From: a virus
Lineage: Duplodnaviria > Caudoviricetes
Direction: 5' to 3' (one strand)
Length of the DNA stretch: 64,000 nt
IMG/VR virus record: IMGVR_UViG_3300020079_000007
Span: 96,001-160,000 of that record
Positions 57,401-64,000 of this stretch are shown one piece after another. The notes under the pieces were generated by a model. That model was not told where the DNA came from. It ran no database searches and worked only from the letters and a program-made list of their open reading frames with translations. The position numbers and the translations under genes were made by a program. Each line of letters opens with the position of its first letter. Positions within the stretch are counted from its first letter, which is position 1.

Positions 57401-60212
57401 AAAAGCAAAAGCTGAAGAAATTGTGTTCGGTAAAAACAGCGATAACGAAGAAGAAGCTATTCAGCCTCTTGAAGAAGCTTCTGCTCTCAAATCATTTATT
57501 GAAAATGTTGAAGGCGTATGGGGTTCAACTGACAACAAGTTCTCTGCATTCAATGTTCGCTTTGAATTGAGAAAGATTAGTGAAACAAAAGAAACTGTAG
57601 TTGAAGAAGAACAAGAAGTTGAAAAAGTAAAAGATATTACATACGGTTTGTATGATAATAAATACGGATGCTTTGTTCTTAAGACACGCCGCTACATTGA
57701 TGGTTTGTTCATTTTGCCTTATACATTCTACAACGGCGGAACAGGCATCACAATTATAGCTGACCCAACAGTTGAATATAAAGATGACGGTAATGAGAAC
57801 ATTGCAACTATGATTGGTGACGGTCGTCATTCATCAGGTATTTACTATCACCCAATGGGGTACGGTGGTTTGAGAAACAACACATCAATCACAGACCGTA
57901 CACCTTGGGATAGAGACCCAGCTGCATTTGAAAACAGATTGCTTAAGAACTATCTCGGTAACTATGTTTACTTGACAGATGGCGTAGGAAACTTAATTGA
58001 TGTTTATAACTCTATCAAGATTGCAGACGGTACAGAACGTATCAATTATGATGACTTCTTAGATGTTGGTTACAATTATGTTAAGCACGGTAAGACTCTT
58101 GAAGAATGTTACTCTGAAGGACACGATGCAAAGTTCTTCAAACTTTACAAACTTAATGAGACAGACTTCCGCATTGTGCCATCTTTGACAAAGATTAAGT
58201 TAGGTTCAAAATTCAATATAAGAGTATTCAATAATGCTCAAGCTTGTTGGTTTGAAACACCTTATGACGGTAAGTTGTATGATGAAAACGGACAGGATGT
58301 AGGAGACATATCTGTAGATGTTAATGGGTTTGCTACAGTTGGAGAATTGAACACAGCTTCAAAAGTTCACTTCGAGATGCCTGTGTCATTCTCTTATGAA
58401 AAGGTTGAAGGAGAAGACCCAGCAACAGGTAAAGAGACTGTTACATTTGAGTTTGATGTTGAAGGCAACACAATTGATGCTTACGCTGAAATCATATCAG
58501 AAAAGCCTATTATATTCCATAAGTCAGAAAATGGATATATGACAATTACTAATGTTGGAGTAAACGGTAACATTACTGCACAATATCAATTTAGAGCTTT
58601 TGATGGTGCTAATGAAATTAAAGATACTACATTACTTAATTGTAGTGTAACAAGTGGACACTTAACTTATAATGAAGATCACTTCATTCTTGACCTTACT
58701 TTAGGTATGAGTGAGTTTAAGGACGTTTCAATAACTTATAACGGTCTCGAAATTTACAGATTGCCAATCTTTGCAATTGACGATGAAATCTTCTTGCTTG
58801 AAAAAGATGACGGCACTTTCGATTACTACATAGGTGACGCTAAGTTGGGTCCTGAGTTTGATACTTTCAGAAAGAACATTGGAAACTTTAAGTATACAAA
58901 AATTGATAAGGGAAGTCTTCCTCTTACTTATGGTATGGAAAGATCTATAGGTGTTGAGCAAGGTGAAATTATCATCGGTCTTAGAGGTAAGTCAATTTCA
59001 AAGGCACCAAAGTATAAGAACTTCAGTGACTTGATTTACTATGAAGGCGTATTCATTTACAAAGATGTTCTTTACACACAAGATAACTGCAATTGTATTA
59101 ACGCTATTAAGATTGAAAGTGTTGCATCAGACAACTCTTCATTCAAATTGCAAAGCACTTTCACAGGTAAACTTGAAAAGTATAATGATGATAAAGAACA
59201 CTACTTCTTGTTCAGAATTCTTACAATTGCTCACCAAACAACAAAGCCAGAGAATATGAACAACCCAGATCACTATTACTTATTGAGTTTGGACGAAATG
59301 ACAACATACCCTCCTGACAGAGTTTGGTTCAATCCTAAGGGTTCTCCAAAACCTCCTGTAAAAGTAGGTAATGAAATCTTCAACAGCGAAAACAACTACG
59401 CATATTATGACGAAGAATATATCAATGCAAATGATTATAAGATTCGTCTTTGTAATGAAGAAGGCCACTATGTAAACTACGACTCATACGGAAATGAATA
59501 CTGTCTCGATGATGGTGACGGTGACTGTTCTAAATATGTTTACACAGGCTTCGATGGAAGATATGTTTCTCCTAAACCTGTAAATGCAACTTGTCAGGAA
59601 TGGTACAAGAATAACATTTGGTCTAAGAACAAAGAAGTTAACCCTCTTTGGCAGATTATCAATGTTAAGTCTAACATCAAGAATAAGAGATGTGTTCAAA
59701 GCGTAACACTCAACAAGTATACAAAATCAGGTGACAATCAGATTATGACAACTGATGTTGAGTACCCATACGTTTCAGTTAAGGACATTACAAAGATTTA
59801 TGTTAAAGACGATGTAATTTACTTCCTTGACCAAGCAGAGAACTTCGATATTGAAAAAGGTGAACTTCAGTTGCTCTTGTCTGATGGTTCAAATTATTAC
59901 ATTGACAACGATGACTTCACAATGTATGGTTTGCACTTCAGTTCAAGACAATATAAGAAGAATGTTGAAAATGCAAAAACACAATCAACATTGCAGGCAT
60001 CTTACACAATCAATACTTTGAGAGACTTTGCTATCAATGTTCAGGAAAACAACACAATCGCTGAAATCACAGAGCTTGGTATCTTTGATAAGAATCATAA
60101 ATTGATTGCTTATGCAAACTTCCCACCTGTAGAATATAGAACTGATATACAACACGCTGCATTTACTTGCATTGTATATCACGGAAATATGGCAAAAACA
60201 GATGGGGACTAA
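48477..60212 (+). CDS. Giant (3911 aa) baseplate wedge/fibre-attachment protein
   Basis: N-terminal RRKFFGSTLGY (P2 gpI/T4 gp7-like), YVQIGTGG, Asp-box YSDDAGKTF, C-terminal ITELGIFD..LIAYANFPP. Confidence 0.6.
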   Translation: MYTSNSEFDLETRVQITNEVPAVRTFQQMHHSLQNETWKWLIGTEDVDYDLPVGGKYIEGVDADGNPETRELIAPPVKIVNGKQAASYGPSKSEKWNPDTESYEEYVPKFHRTEIKGTLTVEQDLFLHEIYRYLNCIYPDHPDWLNLLTRNEVLDAFNNAAAMVDYKPNNEFFKLVADSIGDVDGSEEFKLNLRNLTSNAARRKFFGSTLGYRMTGHDAYEDIMVFPIGKNLTIAPMMGTDSGETNSNGEVLYKPSDIPVKNYIIDTFDERYQTLFRRIDFNGDSRDTSFVSSNSVILPAYTLPGYEDFVFEFVSSKDGYSTLQDHKIYKENDFSFFTNHNEDIVGSIANLKQYNVIEPKITTVDDKNYVEYVSSDDKVYGFQLSVLSKPSYLKLYKYKTIDELEQFQKDHNLDTTNIKNWDMAFGADGKANRTKAFFSEYLRPLFHYCAGFDALKGYESLRDTVDYAYNSFVKNTIVLPPEEMIKLYGETEFDEGVTVNKVSPELIGTSLEKGDFISFDDASMKSTTTYEVVGASWGVLEATFHHDKNISDYLAIKNYSPFDELNDTVVSDDNSAVVVQNRDGDYIVLHGSLRCFWKTMSQGPFTASYLDSIKFVVKAIPETKSEQLFRTIYGDDSFKLIDEINEEILQYDRDMARARALIKQVENTLTDTPLETYEELSVKETLTAEEQEALDAAIAKLEEFAYSYWSDYKAAEEKVKDATEDLVKANTELARLRKNKELLLKDGVISFGYDSKVVFLGQVGDQGIYGKYQFLLDFGLVESFNLGNVSVLPIDPMNGAIPMERNYVNGDFEKTYYLAQVDQSKLIKDTSQIGQLYSNILDDDRALAFKSTIKFEVYNEKTYTVTAQVFVDKKANQVTHEMQFLTDMQRKKFESISVGSKVRGPGIGNAYVVSLGNNSLTLNTSIPKGGYLTYHFECPVTTTPNEIKDDPFNYKRVMNDLGIYDKVSFFDHGVYGTKEWPNVSAVVFDGDLRDKQILNPKTFRQVVKYLYGDKLSDNPAEYLTPSIAKYTRDVFVDIKADKLISSKNYNGHTENLMNVDWLDYIQNNNELPLAKENVNVGANVILNTDLSGYASLIKNANYTDEKLKTLFQTNNWDDTTIPAYVQIGTGGKNYKSYFKLMSDIFYPNVYGATFWDHQIEPILGGNPEDTIDDWRTVGEIKLKKRSTYSKVNTLADASSVYHTYENIDNPIFEIPLNEYNIQLKTFQNGKTYTIIDALFYEQGFKNITKKNELKISKASELYSNFIDAYPIVSDLKDSIADGIQYYYFADGSKYGEKKADLWFTKKTTAEGTTQDKVDRESREFNRYTRYDIYNGGVFGSQLYHFNTIFYDILGAGLFSDVNYLKLYNDGVLADDKDTRIANFLGLSHNEILRRLLMLKAFYNSNSSNIDKALKYKAYIIRNVQVFNSVEEAKAAIDNEKLGIKSKNVTEYSIDDKKNGKYAITGDGTEYIVDSNWNETFEDKLILFSYIKGAWDTKDDKPASETDQTTNNYESNSELDKELPDFFGLKSYDTLGIFWNGTSAELINVHKNYTICTTDAIKPLPLITKTEENLYYGYFNRPIFTVYSKLRITAKQDKSASSGEGQWLAISHDLSNWNMDLGNSFINYSYIIFNIIKLPRKYIANGSYDINLFMDPQFIGRGYKFDDYINGNKNNEIDFNISQSAIRYDRDHNTFYTIAAPVVKNADGNESFASENEKIAIKFEEQKYFKDLKFLFGSYQTSNTQFEGSTDITKEAYIKGVALQPFSISDLSTSDKFVSIQEVDLRSIYTPLLNSRVFEGTRQFSGEVYGVTDKGEYFVSGKRTQPFSRIYDKDVTTTLNDILPCRIDTDGNIIKLPEYDNVGVNFDDPNTNLVAPTYENVSLRKSIDPRYIVSDVPEFKYYKNLLVFEGLINLKKPNAIEAPVEDPSTFNLVLQMLNGGDTVEGAVCLSGGSYATHTITTNIEEKALFVAVNGSDVQVITTSGVWKNDEPINFDAVNNATFSKVEGIPELEGTVTNVIWDEDLNSFVATLGRSPSIGPNETDDFGLMYYKSSVAVQLTPVPAGEKPIEVYASLFDTNIENCFRQREDGIYIWNDLSHGLPVGKITDGDNIIETELVNPNDVAFRIYRTNPNAENTAGKEKEIYGTGDLGNGTHLVMKEGPYIPRIPEEGELLHRSLFSTDDIDIALMEEYIFIKSKNYLVDSENNYTRTLSTNRHWKATKLPEILDNTELFLKSHTLTGSNSVYEYVKKVYNTFASWAFQDDAIIEGETEGEVTLAGLSLDKAYKREDVEYFRNAVKDYMENKFLDYNAFKAKCKYYDENGVVESIEAEGVTIPVDSSNYTSLDTAIVKVECDTGLPLDENFRIDTDKSYKISGTTLDFVIQSKVAQNYVNFDEMYYQYATIVMKYLIGEVESENFGTTCITDVKSSGNRFFFKTFNDDFFYIDKDKLYKYKDFSNMINWNVALMPAGTYLRGSYAKTINNFHTVTVKGSNGDDVVIPVSAKTMPIKFFRLKTDMYVSPDGKHIFFGGCTVPFPEIKKAVYLAGGDDSDFIENRLLQANLKSWMNDEENTGTAPMVLYSDDAGKTFKILPIKQFVDNSLFSNDNFEVASFKEYDDKLLAFVKKTNGGFESSQIVISFNTATGDVDTESTVYQAMSIADNGKLHTTPAGDGTLTWSDGALGFGIDIDASEMNGSGTLNFDWTGANSLTIPTGLAVKSATSNAVLLNKGFASGDIPSGKLRALFAISTKMDIPQQVQFLSSDPLKLNEYKNRTTGLFKVPTTKPVQNEALADRIYSPRYLSAIDTQDKDIIGFPRVDEDVSHTYYEYDIDENGKIGDVKPLKNTFGNEIKLCTEDGSKYVFDNVDVSEGTTVTPSMPQSLEDMIDANIDVMFAKTAGKNKVSAKSALSNISTMDIDNELTFKKNENGDAYTDEHYSYTLRAFDINNNSALIKPEYNPLEIADILSCKVDFTTDEETTKAKAEEIVFGKNSDNEEEAIQPLEEASALKSFIENVEGVWGSTDNKFSAFNVRFELRKISETKETVVEEEQEVEKVKDITYGLYDNKYGCFVLKTRRYIDGLFILPYTFYNGGTGITIIADPTVEYKDDGNENIATMIGDGRHSSGIYYHPMGYGGLRNNTSITDRTPWDRDPAAFENRLLKNYLGNYVYLTDGVGNLIDVYNSIKIADGTERINYDDFLDVGYNYVKHGKTLEECYSEGHDAKFFKLYKLNETDFRIVPSLTKIKLGSKFNIRVFNNAQACWFETPYDGKLYDENGQDVGDISVDVNGFATVGELNTASKVHFEMPVSFSYEKVEGEDPATGKETVTFEFDVEGNTIDAYAEIISEKPIIFHKSENGYMTITNVGVNGNITAQYQFRAFDGANEIKDTTLLNCSVTSGHLTYNEDHFILDLTLGMSEFKDVSITYNGLEIYRLPIFAIDDEIFLLEKDDGTFDYYIGDAKLGPEFDTFRKNIGNFKYTKIDKGSLPLTYGMERSIGVEQGEIIIGLRGKSISKAPKYKNFSDLIYYEGVFIYKDVLYTQDNCNCINAIKIESVASDNSSFKLQSTFTGKLEKYNDDKEHYFLFRILTIAHQTTKPENMNNPDHYYLLSLDEMTTYPPDRVWFNPKGSPKPPVKVGNEIFNSENNYAYYDEEYINANDYKIRLCNEEGHYVNYDSYGNEYCLDDGDGDCSKYVYTGFDGRYVSPKPVNATCQEWYKNNIWSKNKEVNPLWQIINVKSNIKNKRCVQSVTLNKYTKSGDNQIMTTDVEYPYVSVKDITKIYVKDDVIYFLDQAENFDIEKGELQLLLSDGSNYYIDNDDFTMYGLHFSSRQYKKNVENAKTQSTLQASYTINTLRDFAINVQENNTIAEITELGIFDKNHKLIAYANFPPVEYRTDIQHAAFTCIVYHGNMAKTDGD

Positions 60213-60219
60213 TTGATAT

Positions 60220-60489
60220 ATGATGTTGGATGTTTACGGATGTTTTGACAAATGGTTGGAAAAGACGAAGGGTAAAATCGATCTTAAGAAAGATTATAAC
60301 CTTTCGGACAACCTTATGACTTTAAGACCTGCTCTTTCAGATTTTTATAACAATGTTTTGTTATGTTATTATGTGCCTAATGATGTTTGCTTTTACATAA
60401 ATAAAACGATTGACAATCTTAATGATTTTATGAAAATCAAAAATGAAAAAGCGTTCTTAAAATATCTGCAAAAATTGAATAAAGACTAA
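60220..60489 (+). CDS. Hypothetical protein
   Basis: 89-aa ORF directly after ACTAATT. Confidence 0.5.
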   Translation: MMLDVYGCFDKWLEKTKGKIDLKKDYNLSDNLMTLRPALSDFYNNVLLCYYVPNDVCFYINKTIDNLNDFMKIKNEKAFLKYLQKLNKD

Positions 60490-60509
60490 ATATATAATTG
60501 GAGGATTTA

Positions 60510-61598
60510 ATGGCTGAACAGCAGTTAAACAACGAAGATGTCGTTACAACAATTGATGAGACACGCGAAGAACAGAAAATCCCTGCAGGTTATGTAACAA
60601 TCGAACTTTCAACAAAAGGAAAGTTTGGTGCTCCTAAAAAGTTTCATATGCGTAACTTTGCAACAGAGGACTTGGTAGGTCTTTCGCTTTCTGATGACGA
60701 TAAAGTTCAAATGAAAGTTTTGGAAATGATGCAGGATCTTATTTATGAAAAAGATGTAAAGATTGCAAATTTCCACGAGAAAGAAGTTGTTGAGACATTG
60801 GTAAGACTTTATAGAAAATTTTATCAAACAAAACTTCGTGAAGTTACTTGGGAATTGACTGACGAAGATAGAGAAGTAATTGCAACAGAGATGGGCGGCA
60901 AAGATAACCCACAGTATAAAGCTCGTATTGCTGCAATCGAAAGAGGCGAAGAAAAGCCAACATTTGACATTGACTTGAATGCACTCGAATTCTACAATGT
61001 AGATGAGGCAAAAGTTACAGGCACTGCCCGCGCCACAACAGAGATTGACGGAAAGAAGTTTGTTGTTGAGTACACTTTCCCAAAATACGGTGACTCAGTT
61101 CTTCTCCGTAACTTTATGTACAACATTCCTGAGTTTAAGGAAGGTGAAAAGAAGTTCCGTGCAATCCGCGAAAATGTAAAGTTCCGTCAAAAAATGGAGC
61201 AGCAGTGGGAAGAAGGTAAAAATGTTGACCTTACAAGAATCCCAAGATTCTCAGAACAGGATATGGACGCTTTCAAAGAGTATGAGGAAAAGAAGGCACG
61301 TTTTGCAACAAAATGTGTTAAAGCTCTCCACTTGAAGTCAATTGATGGCGAAGATGTTTCAAGTTTACCTCTTGAAGAAAGATTGAAGTATGCAGATGAC
61401 CCTCGCCTTGACCATAACACCTTTGCTCAGATTAACAAAGTGTATGATGAGATGAAGATTGGTGTGAATGAAAATATCAAAGCGATAGACCCATTCACAA
61501 GGAAGGTGACAGAAATCAAGTATCCCTTTCGAGTATTTACTCTTCTTCAGACCTTACGCGATAACAAGTCTGATGGAACTTCTATTGAGTTTGTCTAA
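60510..61598 (+). CDS. Baseplate hub assembly chaperone (T4 gp26-like)
   Basis: IELSTKGKFG..HMRNFATEDL; SD GGAGG before ATG 60510. Confidence 0.5.
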   Translation: MAEQQLNNEDVVTTIDETREEQKIPAGYVTIELSTKGKFGAPKKFHMRNFATEDLVGLSLSDDDKVQMKVLEMMQDLIYEKDVKIANFHEKEVVETLVRLYRKFYQTKLREVTWELTDEDREVIATEMGGKDNPQYKARIAAIERGEEKPTFDIDLNALEFYNVDEAKVTGTARATTEIDGKKFVVEYTFPKYGDSVLLRNFMYNIPEFKEGEKKFRAIRENVKFRQKMEQQWEEGKNVDLTRIPRFSEQDMDAFKEYEEKKARFATKCVKALHLKSIDGEDVSSLPLEERLKYADDPRLDHNTFAQINKVYDEMKIGVNENIKAIDPFTRKVTEIKYPFRVFTLLQTLRDNKSDGTSIEFV

Positions 61599-61779
61599 GG
61601 AAACAAGCAATACTGTTGCGGAGATGATGAAGATGCCTTCTCACTTCGTAATCGGTATGTATAATGCTTTGCGTAAGATTCTTGAAAAAGAGGCAAAAGC
61701 AAGAGAAGAGGCAGAAAAGAAGGCAAATAAAAATATCAAAGCGCCTTCGATGCCGCACATAAATATGCCAAAGTTTTAA
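61573..61779 (+). CDS. Small tail/baseplate assembly chaperone (gp51-like)
   Basis: LSKETSNTVAEMMKMP..MY pattern; overlaps the gp26-like gene. Confidence 0.45.
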   Translation: MELLLSLSKETSNTVAEMMKMPSHFVIGMYNALRKILEKEAKAREEAEKKANKNIKAPSMPHINMPKF

Positions 61780-61786
61780 AATAAGT

Positions 61787-61814
61787 AGGACGGTTCAAAA
61801 GACCGTCCTTTTTT
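61787..61814 (+). terminator. Intrinsic terminator
   Basis: AGGACGGTT-caaaa-GACCGTCCT-TTTTT. Confidence 0.8.
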
Positions 61815-61827
61815 GTGACTAATTGAT

Positions 61828-62037
61828 ATGGGTATGGAGTGGTATTCTCAAGGTAAAAAAGAAAATAATGTTGTAGACCCTTGGGAAAATGTAACTGAAA
61901 TGTGTGATGTTTGTGGAAAAGATATACCTGTAAGAGAGACTCAAAGGGTTGTTTGGTTCTCTCTTACCGGTACTAGGTATGTTATAAGAAAACATCCTTC
62001 TTGTGATCCAATGCAAATAATTCAGTACTTAAGTTAG
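61828..62037 (+). CDS. Small Zn-finger-like protein
   Basis: CDVCG...HPSC; start directly after ACTAATT. Confidence 0.5.
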   Translation: MGMEWYSQGKKENNVVDPWENVTEMCDVCGKDIPVRETQRVVWFSLTGTRYVIRKHPSCDPMQIIQYLS

Positions 62038-62660
62038 TCTTTTATGATACGACGCGCAGGAGCTTCTGCCTTTCTTTCTTCTTCTGATATCCAATCCAAA
62101 ACAAGTTCACCTTGTTCATCGAACTTACAATCATAATAAGCTCTTGATGCCATATAATCAGCGTAATGCAAAACCCACTCGTCAAACTTTCTTGGCTGTT
62201 CGTTTTCAAACCCAGGCATCTGTCTTGATGTTATCCAGATGCCCTGATGTGCAGCAATCAAACGCCCGATTGTTTCAAAGCCGTGTTCTTTACAATAATC
62301 ACCACCAAGCTTTGGGTGGTCGAAAGCAGTGAACTCGTGGTCTCTTCCTTCAGGATACTTCCACATATCGTGCAAGATCGCAGCAGCAACCAATTCATCT
62401 TTTTCACTTTCAACTGCAGGTGTTGCACGAACTAAGTCAAGGACATTTCTTACAACAACTTTGATGTGGCGGATAAGTCCACCTTCGCCTGAAGCAGACT
62501 TAAGATGATACTTACCTGTTGAAGATGCTGGCTTAATACGATGATCTGGGTGGACATCATCAAGGGTCTTGCGAACAAAGTTGGCAATCTCGATGTTATC
62601 AATCTGAGCAACTTCATAAGCAAGCAATTCATTTAGTGTTCGATCTTTGTAGTTAACCAT
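62034..62660 (-). CDS. HD-domain phosphohydrolase
   Basis: PASSTGKYH..GGLIRH, ILHDMWK, HQG, HYADY; start re-called after GAGGG. Confidence 0.85.
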   Translation of the reverse strand: MVNYKDRTLNELLAYEVAQIDNIEIANFVRKTLDDVHPDHRIKPASSTGKYHLKSASGEGGLIRHIKVVVRNVLDLVRATPAVESEKDELVAAAILHDMWKYPEGRDHEFTAFDHPKLGGDYCKEHGFETIGRLIAAHQGIWITSRQMPGFENEQPRKFDEWVLHYADYMASRAYYDCKFDEQGELVLDWISEEERKAEAPARRIIKD

Positions 62661-62934
62661 TTGTCCCCTCGAAAAACTTAAACAAAGTTTCGTTTGCATC
62701 CATCAACAAATCTTCTTTTGTCTTTTTGCTTTTGGCTCTTCTTTTCAAGTTTGCGGCCATAACCATAACCGCGCCTTTTTCTTCTTTCAAAATTGGGTCG
62801 ATACGATTTACCAAATCATCCTGCAACTCCTGAAGAGTTGCCTTCTGATACTTCGTACCGCCCCACGCAGACATAAATGCCTCGATAGCTTTTGAAAGAG
62901 GATTGTTCCCTTGAGGAATATCTTCTTTTTTCAT
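62653..62934 (-). CDS. Hypothetical protein
   Basis: 93-aa ORF in operon. Confidence 0.55.
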   Translation of the reverse strand: MKKEDIPQGNNPLSKAIEAFMSAWGGTKYQKATLQELQDDLVNRIDPILKEEKGAVMVMAANLKRRAKSKKTKEDLLMDANETLFKFFEGTNG

Positions 62935-62938
62935 AAGC

Positions 62939-64000
62939 TTACCTCTGAATAATTCTTCTTCCTACAGGAGCTGCGGGCTGAGGAGTAGCTGCAAATGTAG
63001 GTGAAGACTCAACAATTCTCTGAGGAGTTGTTGACACTGACTCTCCACGACAAGCTGAAATGATTTTTGTCATTCCAAGAATGTATGAAGCTTTTGTGCT
63101 GTAAATGGAATTATCTTTATAAAACTCCATAAACAGGTCGCGAACTTTTGCATAATTCTTATGCGCAATCAACGGCTTAATCTGAGCAATTGTATGGTTC
63201 ATCTGCCAATCAGACATCGTCTTGGCATCAGCCTTGCTTTTTGAAACAGAGTCAAACAATGAAATGAGTTCGTCATCGACTTGGTCTTTTTTCTTTCCAT
63301 TACCGTTGTATTCGTTAAGATGTCCAAAGAGTCGATATGTTTCAGCATTTGCAATTGCAAGCACTGACAACCTTATCATTCCATCATAATCATTTACATT
63401 GAGAAGTGTTTCAAACAATTCGTCTGACTTTTCACCATCAAGTAAACGAAGAAGTGTTGCATAGAAATCTTCTATATTTGCAACACCGAAGTTGGCCTTG
63501 ATTTCTTCAAGGTCATAAGTCTCTGTCTCAACACACTGCTGTAAAGTCATTACTGCCTTTCTCAAAGATTGTTCTGAACTTTCAGCAATCATCTTAAGAC
63601 CGTAAGTTTTGAATTCAGTTGATGCCTCAATTCCCTGAGACTTTACAATTGAATACAAATATTTTATGATGTCAATTGTTGTAAGATTTGGGTATTTGAA
63701 AACCATACAGCGGTTCATCAAAGCCTTTACCGCTGCAGCAGAGCTTTCTGCTCCACCTGCCATTGAAGTCATAGCAGTGAATATGAAATGAACATTGTCC
63801 CGCTTTGTTTCAAGCATCTTCAAAAGAGACGCTTTACAAGCTGAAGAACAGTTCTGCACTTCATCGATAATTACAACTTTTTTCTTATCGCGCATAGGCG
63901 CTGTTAAAGTAAATGACTCAAGCTGCTCTTTAATCTTTGCAGAATCATCACGGGCACCATCAAGATTGATAACGTCTCTTGACCAAGTTTCGTTTATGAT
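62939..64000 (-). CDS. Clamp loader AAA+ subunit (DnaX gamma/tau-like), 5'-truncated by the window edge
   Basis: Walker B VVIIDEVQ, ASLLKMLE, HFIFTA, NRC arginine finger; frame open to 64000. Confidence 0.85.
   Translation of the reverse strand: MINETWSRDVINLDGARDDSAKIKEQLESFTLTAPMRDKKKVVIIDEVQNCSSACKASLLKMLETKRDNVHFIFTAMTSMAGGAESSAAAVKALMNRCMVFKYPNLTTIDIIKYLYSIVKSQGIEASTEFKTYGLKMIAESSEQSLRKAVMTLQQCVETETYDLEEIKANFGVANIEDFYATLLRLLDGEKSDELFETLLNVNDYDGMIRLSVLAIANAETYRLFGHLNEYNGNGKKKDQVDDELISLFDSVSKSKADAKTMSDWQMNHTIAQIKPLIAHKNYAKVRDLFMEFYKDNSIYSTKASYILGMTKIISACRGESVSTTPQRIVESSPTFAATPQPAAPVGRRIIQR

Noticed and set aside
1-64000. Many 60-175-aa ORFs antisense to or nested in long genes; tRNA/rRNA genes; phage-nucleus shell gene; host assignment
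   Set aside because: Shadow ORFs lack RBS or motifs; no tRNA cloverleaf, rRNA or chimallin-like sequence was recognised; the host cannot be inferred from this window.

Overview
This is an AT-rich (~35% GC, estimated by eye), gene-dense segment of a large contractile-tailed (jumbo myovirus-like) phage genome using the standard genetic code. It holds replication/recombination genes: an N-terminal fragment of a family A DNA polymerase, RecA/UvsX, a clamp-loader AAA+, a Cas4/RecB-like nuclease, dUTPase, an HU-like protein and a full-length eukaryote-type topoisomerase IB. It also holds a DNA glycosylation-type cluster (T4 beta-glucosyltransferase-like enzyme, nucleotidyltransferase, kinase, HAD phosphatase and a frameshifted dNMP kinase), tail/baseplate genes including 2341-aa and 3911-aa giants, an intact IS200/IS605 element (tnpA+tnpB), a GIY-YIG homing endonuclease and a PARG-like macrodomain. 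Three recurring promoter-like motifs can be read from the intergenic DNA. The most striking observations are a C-terminal peptide (AP-x-G-RRII-K/Q-D/R) shared by three unrelated DNA-acting proteins, the eukaryote-type TopIB, a polymerase split just before motif A and capped by a degenerate intein-like segment, and the self-contained DNA sugar-modification pathway. All calls come from motif recognition by eye; no searches were run.
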